Part shown: positions 10,698-18,618 of the stretch, piece by piece | How positions within the stretch are numbered: the first letter of the stretch is position 1 | Layout: each line of letters opens with the position of its first letter | Sequence record: OR413581.1 | Length of the DNA: 64,000 bases | Direction: 5' to 3' (one strand) | Translations under genes and position numbers: made by a program | The notes under the pieces: model-generated | The model's input: the letters and a program-made list of their open reading frames with translations, nothing else | Databases searched by the model: none | What the model was told of the DNA's origin: nothing

Positions 10698-11262
10698 GGT
10701 TACTTTTTAACCAACCGGTTAAAGGGGTCTGGGAAGCATCAGAAAACGATTAGGTGGTATCGACGTAGGGTAGCTCGTTTTTGGCAGTTTATCGTTTTCT
10801 AGGGTCGGTTACGTGCGTTTTAGAGGGGGTTATGTATCGAGACAGAGAATTTATTTTTGTCGGGGCGAGGAAATTCAGGGAATGGGGATTCAGGATTGTA
10901 TGTTTTTTAACCAGTTATTAAAAACGCTCTAGAAAGCGCTAGAACGAGATTTAACTCAGACCCAGTACACTTGGGTTCCCCATACCGGAAAATCGCGCCA
11001 GCGGGCCGCTGAGAGCGCGAGAGTGCCATTCCCGTTTCGGTTCCGGGACGACGGTCGCGGCCGGCGACGACGATCACACGTTGGGTAGCACTTCGTGCCA
11101 TGTCTGGGTGAAAACTGGATCGTTCTGTAACCGACACACACTGTCGGTTACTTACGAGTTCTTTGGGTTGTTTAACTCGCTCTAAAATCCCCCTTAGGGG
11201 ATAATTTAATCTAATTCTCAAAATTTCTTTTTAAAACAATCACTTAGATTGTTTTTTAGATT

Positions 11263-11484
11263 GATCCTGTGGATCGGGTCGAAGACCCTTTCCTTATACG
11301 CGTGCGCGTGCGCACACCCGTATCCTCCAGGATCTTTTAAAATATATAATAATATTAAATATAATAATACCTTTAGGTATTATATTTAATTATTATAATT
11401 ATTTATATAAATAAATATATTAATATATTAAGATCTTAAAACGCGTGCAGGCGCGCGCGTGATCCTTATTAAGAGATCGTGATC
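11263..11484. other. Candidate replication origin / DNA-unwinding element
   Basis: 7 GATC in 222 bp, a 106-nt core (11335-11440) with only 6 G/C, several perfect palindromes and alternating purine-pyrimidine flanks. Confidence 0.5.
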
Positions 11485-11769
11485 GGACGGAAGTCCTAGT
11501 TTGGGTACCCTGTGTATTTTTTACGTGGTTTCCCTATCGTGTGTTCAGACCACCACTCGATGTCCAAAAACCCATAGCTTCGGTGGTCGCCTCCCTGGTC
11601 GGTAGACTCTGACAAGTCGACCCACAACACCAACCCGTCCGGGGACGGATTTTTATTCCAACGACAAGCTCCACGAAAATCCCCGCAGAGGGACTCACTG
11701 CTGTGTGACTCACCGGCTCCTGGACGCCTACGCCTCGAGCCGGTAATTTTTTGATTACGTGAGTTTGTT

Positions 11770-12360
11770 GTTATATGCGAATAGCGATTGACCGCGCCAA
11801 TGGTCCAATCACTTTTAAACCCTGCACGCTAGGGCTCCAAGTCCTGGGATTGTTACCCAGGACGCTTTTTCGAAAATACCTACCGTGGTGTCTTCGACAA
11901 AGCGCAATCTAACACTGCGTGATTTATTATGTTCTGGAAAACTTTCGCCGTGGAACAGAACCGGTGAGCGTCGGCGGGGATTCCGACAATCACCACCCAT
12001 TCAGGTACTCGGTAAATAACCGACCTGCCGACGTAGCACCGTCGGGCGTAGTTCGGTTTGCGAGAGTGTCGAGAAAGTCGACTGCGCACCCATGACAAAA
12101 TCCGAGTTGACCGTGGCAGCGCCAGAGGACTGGGCAGCGGAGAGACGTCGTTGAACTTACCTCCGATAGTTATCGCTGATTCCGCTCTGGCGTCGGGCCA
12201 AAACTGATTCGAATTCGGCGTTGCGTCGAAAAGGGGTCTGCGTGTAGAACCGCAGACTTGGGGGATAACTCCGATGAGGAGGTTGGTCCATATCTTGCCG
12301 GCTCGGAACAGACGAGAGGGGTGGGTACTCCCGTTGAGAAACGCCAGTACCTGGCTGATT
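11770..12360 (+). ncRNA. Candidate large structured non-coding RNA A
   Basis: No credible ORF; many stems plus a long-range 8-bp pair 12002-12009/12346-12353. Strand is inferred. Confidence 0.4.
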
Positions 12361-12369
12361 AAAATTTAC
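12361..12369 (+). promoter_or_regulatory. AAAATTTAC motif (middle-promoter-like)
   Basis: Copy of the motif at 8930 and 34758, upstream of ORF 12413. Confidence 0.5.
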
Positions 12370-12412
12370 AGATTCTGCGTGAGGTATGATAAACCAAACG
12401 GAGAATTAAATC

Positions 12413-12904
12413 ATGACCACGATAGCGTTCGATGGAAAAGTCTTAGCTGCTGACGGCCAGTTAACCCGTGGGTCGAATATCTGCAACCTGAATACCCAGA
12501 AGTTATTCATCTGCCCTTCTGACGAGGAGTGGTGGATTACTGGTGAACGGATTGTGGCGTTCGGAGTAAGCGGCGACATCACAGGACAATTGGCCCTGCT
12601 GGAAACGGTCCGCTTGAGACCCGGCTACAAGGGGTTAACACAAAGCTCGCAGTTACCTGCGAAGATGGATTTTACTTTCCTGATGCTTCTGGCCTCAGGG
12701 AAAGCGATAGTCGGTGGGAAGCGTGAAGACGACGTGTCGTTGTGGTGGAGTGAAGCCACACCACCTCTGGCAACCGGAAGCGGTTACGAGTATGCGTTGG
12801 GTGCGATGAAGATGGGCGCGAATGCGGTTCGTGCTGTTGAGATTGCGTCCGAATGCGATATCTACACCGGTGGTGAGATTAGCACTTACGAACTACGGAG
12901 GTGA
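12413..12904 (+). CDS. HslV/proteasome beta-subunit-like Ntn threonine peptidase
   Basis: N-terminus M-TTIAFDGKVLAADGQ, GSG motif and C-terminal DIYTGG; GGAG SD. Confidence 0.7.
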   Translation: MTTIAFDGKVLAADGQLTRGSNICNLNTQKLFICPSDEEWWITGERIVAFGVSGDITGQLALLETVRLRPGYKGLTQSSQLPAKMDFTFLMLLASGKAIVGGKREDDVSLWWSEATPPLATGSGYEYALGAMKMGANAVRAVEIASECDIYTGGEISTYELRR

Positions 12905-12997
12905 ATCATGCGGGAGTCAGAAGCACGCAAGCTTGACCCCATCAATCGCCTGCGATAACGGGGTAGCGCATCCGTATAAACACGTTTAAAGAATTCT

Positions 12998-13073
12998 GGG
13001 GGTATGGCGCAATTGGTAGCGCACCGGTCTCCAAAACCGAAGGTTCGAGGTTCGAAACCTCGTGCCCCCGCCA
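12998..13073 (+). tRNA. trnW: tRNA-Trp (CCA)
   Basis: 76-nt cloverleaf: GGGGGTA/TGCCCCC acceptor, GCGC D stem, loop CT-CCA-AA, T arm CGAGG-TTCGAAA-CCTCG, encoded CCA end. Confidence 0.95.
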
Positions 13074-13137
13074 CATTTAGCCAACGAATTCAGGTTCAAC
13101 ACAGAAGACACAGATTTGTCAACTGTTGGAGAACAAC

Positions 13138-13380
13138 ATGAATTTGTACTTGCTAGAACGAACTGACGATATCGGGTATGATGAATTTGATTCCATAATC
13201 GTGGCGGCTCCTACGGAGCAAGCCGCGTGTGCAATTCCTCCCGACCGTGGTCATTGGATGGACTGCCGCTGGTTACCGAAAGAGCGCTGGGATGAAGGGC
13301 TTACCCTGACCGTTACTCTTATCGGCACTACGCACTATCCTGCTGGGACCGTCGTTCATGAATCGTTCAATGCTGGCTAA
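13138..13380 (+). CDS. Small phage hypothetical protein
   Basis: GGAG SD before ATG 13138; MNLYLLERTD...SFNAG resembles a widespread small phage protein family (recalled, not searched). Confidence 0.75.
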   Translation: MNLYLLERTDDIGYDEFDSIIVAAPTEQAACAIPPDRGHWMDCRWLPKERWDEGLTLTVTLIGTTHYPAGTVVHESFNAG

Positions 13381-13382
13381 AC

Positions 13383-13960
13383 AGTGGGCTTCGGCCCACT
13401 AACCCTATTCGAGCCGTGATACTTACTCAGATTGTGCGGGTTGATGTCCCGCATGAGCCGGTAGCAGCTCAGACCTACGGTAGACCAATAAATCCGTAGC
13501 AGCCAGGTACACAAAGCACCAGGTCGCTTGTACAGGATGCTGGGTATCTGACCGGTCATAACCTCATTCGATACGAGACACGTTTATGCATGAAATACTC
13601 CAGTACATCAGGATGTTGATTTCCAACGTCCGGTTCTGGGTATTCAATCATGTTTGGTTTACAGGCGATGGGTTTTCCCGCAAGGGCCCCACTTACAGAC
13701 TGGCGTCTCCACGACAACCGTCCCTAGGGGACAGGCAAGCACCGGCCCATTAAGCCGCTACGCTACGCCTGTAAATCCACAATCTGATAACCGAATGGGA
13801 TTGAGTTCCCAGTGTTAGGGTGACTGTGTGTCACCGTAGGCGCGGTACCTCATACGGCCGGTACGCCACGAATGTACGTGATAGCGGGTGGTGCTTGGAG
13901 ACGCTAAGACCTGACCTTGCGGCCAGGCTCAGAAGAAGAAGTCCATCGCCCGCATTCAGA
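13383..13960 (+). ncRNA. Candidate large structured non-coding RNA B
   Basis: No credible ORF; starts with a UUCG hairpin, has at least 7 stems and a 10-bp long-range helix 13658-13667/13766-13775. Confidence 0.45.
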
Positions 13961-14161
13961 AATGAATTTAGGTTAATTATTATTTATGGAAGTGATGAAA
14001 TCGTTTACGTGATAACTTAGTAGTATGCAACGAACAATACCAGAGTGACTTTACGAGGTTACTGTGGTATATGTCGGTGCTCCGGGCAACGTGTTGCCGC
14101 AGATAAGCCCGAGGGAGCTGAGTGCACTAACACACGCCGGGATGCACCGGCACCTTACAAC

Positions 14162-14231
14162 GGCTTTGTAGCTCAGGTAGGTAGAGCAGCCTCTTTGAGG
14201 AAGGTCGCCGGTTCGAGACCGGTCAAAGCAA
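14162..14231 (+). tRNA. tRNA-like element with collapsed anticodon arm (pseudo-tRNA)
   Basis: Canonical D arm (GCTC..GAGC) and T arm (GCCGG-TTCGAGA-CCGGT) and a 6-bp acceptor; the anticodon arm is CCTC-TTT-GAGG, about 4 nt short; no CCA. Confidence 0.7.
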
Positions 14232-14310
14232 GAGCAGCGAAGTTAGAGGAATTAACACCCGACTCATAATCGGATATTTCGACGGTTCGAATCCGTCCGT
14301 TTGCTCGCCC
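14232..14310 (+). tRNA. Atypical tRNA with CAT anticodon (Met or Ile2)
   Basis: Anticodon arm CCCGA-CTCATAA-TCGGA, T arm GACGG-TTCGAAT-CCGTC; the acceptor stem pairs only with a bulge; no clean CCA. Confidence 0.7.
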
Positions 14311-14389
14311 CATTTGTGTTATCCTTATCCCGAAGGCATTCGAAATAAGACGCGTATCCACACACGGGTCAAGGGTAACACGAACCACT

Positions 14390-14650
14390 TCCGCGGTCAC
14401 CGTGTCCATTGCCGCCTACCTGCATGGGCTGTCCTCCGACACGGTGACTTCGGGCCAACTTACAGGCCAGGGCCGTTTGGGTTTTTCTTACGCATCCATC
14501 CAGAGCCACCTCGCGCCCTAGTCTGTATACCCCTTTTCTGTTCCTGGTTTGCCAACTAAATCAATTAAGCCTGGTGCGTTGCCCTGGGAACAGAAAAACT
14601 TATTCGGTTACACACCGAACCCACCCACGAGGGATATGTCGTGGACTACC
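14390..14650 (+). ncRNA. Candidate structured non-coding RNA C downstream of the tRNA pair
   Basis: Two perfect 11-bp helices (14396-14406/14438-14448; 14534-14544/14587-14597) plus smaller hairpins. Confidence 0.35.
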
Positions 14651-14685
14651 AATAGAAGCAGCAATAGTAGTAAGAAGGAAGCAAC

Positions 14686-15507
14686 ATGTTTACAGTTAAA
14701 CGTGTAATTGATGGTGACCGCATTATTACCGAGCATGAAAAGGTTCGTATCGGTGACCGTAAGTCTCGTGTATTCCGCGAGGCATTAAAAATGCTCGAGA
14801 ACGAGCGCTTCGACATCGTTGTCGATGATGAAAAGTTAGCCCTTAATCCGGGGTTAAAACGCGTTGCCCCTGATGTGCCTGATCCGAACACCATGCATTT
14901 GTCTGACTACTGCAGCTGGTCGCACAGATTATATAAAAGTCAGGTTTATGCACACACGTATTTGCGGCAGCTTTTCCCCAACCTTATTATCCCCGATTTG
15001 GAAACGGTCGAGGTGTTTAACTGCAACGCACGCGAGTTTATTAGCTACGTGCTAGATAATAAGGGCAATGCTATCTTGGTACTGGACACAAATTCCCGCA
15101 TACCTGATGCTGTGGCTAGCATACGTGGTGAAATCATCGGTTACGGTACTTCCCCAGAGAAATTAGGCTGGTACAAACCATCTCCTGATAGCGACATGGC
15201 GATCATTGTCTACACTCAGGAAGAACTGCAACAAGTCGAATTAGAGCCTGGTCCATCTATCGAGTTCACTGATGTCCAGGAGCAGTCGCAGTGGATTAAC
15301 GGTGAGTCTGTTGTTACTGTTTTAAAAGGCGCTCGCCCTGGCGACCGGTCAGTCGATGAACTGATTGGCGCAATGTGCATCGAAGAAGAATCTGGATACG
15401 ATCCTGATAACCAGATCAGTACCGGTGCGTTGTACGAACTGTTTTATAAAGGCGACGAAGTCTACGTGGTTAACTCTCACGGTAAGACTACCGACGTCCT
15501 TCGCTGA
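14686..15507 (+). CDS. Hypothetical protein
   Basis: 273-aa ORF with AAGGA SD. Confidence 0.8.
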   Translation: MFTVKRVIDGDRIITEHEKVRIGDRKSRVFREALKMLENERFDIVVDDEKLALNPGLKRVAPDVPDPNTMHLSDYCSWSHRLYKSQVYAHTYLRQLFPNLIIPDLETVEVFNCNAREFISYVLDNKGNAILVLDTNSRIPDAVASIRGEIIGYGTSPEKLGWYKPSPDSDMAIIVYTQEELQQVELEPGPSIEFTDVQEQSQWINGESVVTVLKGARPGDRSVDELIGAMCIEEESGYDPDNQISTGALYELFYKGDEVYVVNSHGKTTDVLR

Positions 15508-15597
15508 ATTAGCTAACGCCCAGTAGCTATGTTCCTGACGATTAGCCCTCGTCTGACCTTGTAAGACCTTGTAGATTTACATGCCAACACCAGGGAA

Positions 15598-15638
15598 GTC
15601 CTCACTCTTCGGAGTGAGGACAACTCTTTTATTTTTTT
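15598..15638 (+). terminator. Rho-independent terminator
   Basis: GTCCTCACTC-TTCG-GAGTGAGGAC plus T tracts. Confidence 0.85.
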
Positions 15639-15655
15639 GTATCCCAAATATTCAC

Positions 15656-15670
15656 AGATAGATATTACCT
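15656..15670 (+). promoter_or_regulatory. AGATAGATATTA(T/C)CT promoter-like motif
   Basis: One of 7 near-identical copies, 60 nt upstream of ORF 15730. Confidence 0.65.
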
Positions 15671-15729
15671 AAGTGAGATGAGAAAGCCTCATCTGAATTT
15701 CCCCAACTCGACTATAAAAGGTAAGCATC

Positions 15730-16677
15730 ATGTACAGACCAAGTAATCCTAGTGCTATTGAAGGATTAAACCAGGATGGCTTCAGCCTCGCAGAAGCAAC
15801 CCGCATTCGACCTTTCTTACCTCGCAGATTCTTCCCTTTCGGTTCGTTATACAGAACGAATTTCGACGCTTGGGAAGCGATACGTGCTGTAAAAGATGCA
15901 CTACAGTACAAGAACTTCGAATTCCGATTTGTTTTCAAATGGGGCAACGGCGAATTGCTCCACCACTTCGGATTCCAACAGAACGAGTTCATTGAGTATA
16001 CCTCACCTACGTACCACACCAGGTTCTTAAGTATCGAATTCGTTCGACATTTCGGCGATGCACTCTTTACGGAACGGGCTACAGATGAAAACCACGGACG
16101 TAGGCTGATGTTAACGAACGGCGCACTGCGCATCAAGATGAATCGTTTACGGGAAGCGTATAACCAGCTTATCAATCCTGAACCGGTAATGTTTCCAACT
16201 GTAGCTGATTTGAACATTACACCGCTCCAGTTACCTGTGGATGTGGATAGACCGATTCTGGCAATCCACGCTCTCCAGGCAGGCTATGCAAACTGGTATA
16301 AAGAGCACAGTCTCCCGAACACCAGATTGAACATCGCACCGTTTGAGTTGTGCCTGTTCTTAACGTTACGCAAACAACTCGAGCCAGAAAACTTAGACTT
16401 ACGTTATCTGGCTAAAACAGATAGCGGTAGTTACTACCCAACGACCTGGATGCTGGCGGCTGTACTACCCGGCGGTGAAATTATCGGTAACCCAGTCACC
16501 GATGTTCAACAGTTACCATCACCGTTAGCACCACCGAAAGATTCAATCTATCCGTACGCTTCGTGGTACGCGAGCAGTATTGGCGTGAGATGGTTAATGT
16601 TACACGTTCCTGAAGAGGTCTATAATTTATTCCCGCATGAGCAATGGCTCCGTGCGTATGAAAATCGGTTTGGTTAG
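15730..16677 (+). CDS. Hypothetical protein
   Basis: 315-aa ORF flanked by the promoter motif and a terminator. Confidence 0.8.
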   Translation: MYRPSNPSAIEGLNQDGFSLAEATRIRPFLPRRFFPFGSLYRTNFDAWEAIRAVKDALQYKNFEFRFVFKWGNGELLHHFGFQQNEFIEYTSPTYHTRFLSIEFVRHFGDALFTERATDENHGRRLMLTNGALRIKMNRLREAYNQLINPEPVMFPTVADLNITPLQLPVDVDRPILAIHALQAGYANWYKEHSLPNTRLNIAPFELCLFLTLRKQLEPENLDLRYLAKTDSGSYYPTTWMLAAVLPGGEIIGNPVTDVQQLPSPLAPPKDSIYPYASWYASSIGVRWLMLHVPEEVYNLFPHEQWLRAYENRFG

Positions 16678-16691
16678 TAGTCGATGCTTTT

Positions 16692-16719
16692 GAGGGAACT
16701 TCGGTTCCCTCTTTTTTTT
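16692..16719 (+). terminator. Rho-independent terminator
   Basis: GAGGGAAC-TTCG-GTTCCCTC plus T8. Confidence 0.9.
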
Positions 16720-16762
16720 CTTTTTTCACGACTGCCTCAGAATCTTATAGGAGGAAGTTACC

Positions 16763-17179
16763 ATGATTACGCAGTGCTACTACCAGACGCAAGATTTATT
16801 TAAAGCATTAGAAGAAAATAAGCTACCCACGACTTTAAGACCGCAGTGCAGTTATTCAAGAATGCTTGCAAGTGAGGTCTTTCCGGTGCTAATGCAGTTG
16901 CCTCAATTCCAACCGTGGCTCGACTCGCTAGATGTGGTAGATGTTGTGGCTATCTACACTGGGTCAGACACACCAACAATAAATACAAGCGAGTGTTTAT
17001 CCCGTAGCGAATCGTCGGCGATAAATGAAATGCCGCAGCTAATGCCTTCTTTATTCGATTCGATGTGCGCTGCAGTTATGCAGAAACGACTACCTTATGA
17101 GGAAGTATTCGCCATTGTGTTAGACAGCATCCACGCAATGAATTATAAACACTATAAAACCCTCGGAACCTTACACTGA
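16763..17179 (+). CDS. Hypothetical protein
   Basis: 138 aa with AGGAGG SD. Confidence 0.8.
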   Translation: MITQCYYQTQDLFKALEENKLPTTLRPQCSYSRMLASEVFPVLMQLPQFQPWLDSLDVVDVVAIYTGSDTPTINTSECLSRSESSAINEMPQLMPSLFDSMCAAVMQKRLPYEEVFAIVLDSIHAMNYKHYKTLGTLH

Positions 17180-17246
17180 CTTTTTTACGGCAGGCACCTA
17201 TCTTGTAGGGAGTCTGTGCTGTAATAGATTCCAAAGGAGATGCTCG

Positions 17247-17636
17247 ATGAAAAACAAACTGCGTCCGCTGGACGTGATTATGGCGCATCCGGATACCCTC
17301 AAGAAAATTAAAGTGGTCAATGAACTTGACCGTGGTCTCCTGGATACTATTCAATGGGGTTTTACTTTCCACCCCGATGAAGAGAACAACACGCGTCAAT
17401 TAGATGTCTGCGACGGCGTAGAAATTGATTGGTCTTCTAACGAAGGCTTCAACGATGTCGTCGATTATGTCAAACAAGCCACCGTTCCACCTGTGTTTCC
17501 CGTAGCTGGTTTAGCGGAACACACAATTTCTCTCCGCCGACTGGTTAACGCTCAACCTGAAATCGTGCGTGAAGGCGAGGCGTGGACGTCAGGCATTACC
17601 CATCATCTTAAGGATGTGCTGGGTGTTGCCGGTTAA
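17247..17636 (+). CDS. Hypothetical protein
   Basis: 129 aa with AAGGAG SD. Confidence 0.8.
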   Translation: MKNKLRPLDVIMAHPDTLKKIKVVNELDRGLLDTIQWGFTFHPDEENNTRQLDVCDGVEIDWSSNEGFNDVVDYVKQATVPPVFPVAGLAEHTISLRRLVNAQPEIVREGEAWTSGITHHLKDVLGVAG

Positions 17637-17686
17637 AAAAGAAGAAGTACCTCTACTCACGTAGAGGTACGGAATCTTTCTTTTTT
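17635..17686. terminator. Bidirectional terminator
   Basis: GTACCTCTAC/GTAGAGGTAC stem with an A tract on the left and a T tract on the right, between convergent genes. Confidence 0.8.
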
Positions 17687-17687
17687 G

Positions 17688-18500
17688 TTACGACTTGAAG
17701 CGTCCACCGTTCATGTAGTTCCAACGGTTTCCGATGTTGTCGTTGTGGACCAGACAACGTTGCATTTTCGGCAAGGTGTCTTCGAACATTTGACCCGCGT
17801 CCGAGTAACCTTCAATAACGTTTCTGAAGGCACCGAACTCCATACCATTTTCCAGTTTACCGGAGTCCATGTCGAAGATCATGGTGTTGTAAATATATTG
17901 CTTAACAGCCATGACTGCCAGCTCACCTACAACCGGATAGAATGCTGGTTTGATTTCGTTCATCTCCTGGGATAGTTCGTACTTCACCACGAGTTTGGTA
18001 GAGTAAACGAACATGCCTGGGTCTTTGATACGGATGGTATTCGGGCCGAGTACCTCGACCTCTGGTGAGGCGATACGTGGCATCGCCGACTGACTATCAA
18101 CCACTTGTTGGGTGGATGCTAATACGCCAGAGGTGGCACCGTCCAGATATGAACCTGCGGGAGGCATGGTGTACGCCTGTCCGGCAACGGGTGTTACAGA
18201 AATGTGGGCATCCAGAATAGGACGACCGCCTGTTTTGATGTCGTCGAGATAATACACGCGACTGAAATAATCTTGCGTGTCGTTATCCCAAGGGACACCT
18301 TGCAAATCTACTTCTTGATACTGCCCCATTCTGGAGATTTCAGGGACCAGAATCTCACGAATAACACGTTGTTGGATTTCGTTATCTACAGAGCTTGCAA
18401 TTCCCAGTAACTTGAGGTTTTCTGGAACAAAAGCCGCCTGTAGAATCGGGGCAGGAATATGCTGTCTGATTTTACGCAGACAGTAGTCGATAACATTCAT
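17688..18500 (-). CDS. Conserved jumbo-phage protein, possible virion component
   Basis: Start reassigned to ATG 18500 (MNVIDYCLRKIRQHIP), which has an AGGAG SD. The longer ORF-track start overlaps a promoter and ORF 18664. Confidence 0.65.
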   Translation of the reverse strand: MNVIDYCLRKIRQHIPAPILQAAFVPENLKLLGIASSVDNEIQQRVIREILVPEISRMGQYQEVDLQGVPWDNDTQDYFSRVYYLDDIKTGGRPILDAHISVTPVAGQAYTMPPAGSYLDGATSGVLASTQQVVDSQSAMPRIASPEVEVLGPNTIRIKDPGMFVYSTKLVVKYELSQEMNEIKPAFYPVVGELAVMAVKQYIYNTMIFDMDSGKLENGMEFGAFRNVIEGYSDAGQMFEDTLPKMQRCLVHNDNIGNRWNYMNGGRFKS

Positions 18501-18618
18501 TCTAAGGCTCCTATGAAGCTCGTAGGACAACTCATACCATCGGGTAATGCTATCCCATTGCCTGACATTAAAATACGTTTTACGACCTTTATGTGCGCAC
18601 CATACTCGAAGAAATTTT

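Noticed and set aside
10907-12098. Short minus-strand ORFs (104, 61, 61, 72 aa) in the non-coding region
   Set aside because: No SD, Arg/Ser/Pro-rich composition typical of non-coding frames, and overlap with structural DNA/RNA elements.
11770-13960. tmRNA, RNase P or group II intron identity for the structured segments
   Set aside because: No tmRNA acceptor/T-arm ends, no RNase P GAGGAAAGUCC, and no GUGYG start or domain V signature was found by eye.
14686-14760. RVIDGD thermonuclease-like motif
   Set aside because: The remaining SNase catalytic residues (RLxGIDxPE) are absent; a 6-residue match is insufficient.
15555-15574. GACCTTGTA direct repeat
   Set aside because: Two 9-bp copies only; compatible with chance or a small local duplication.
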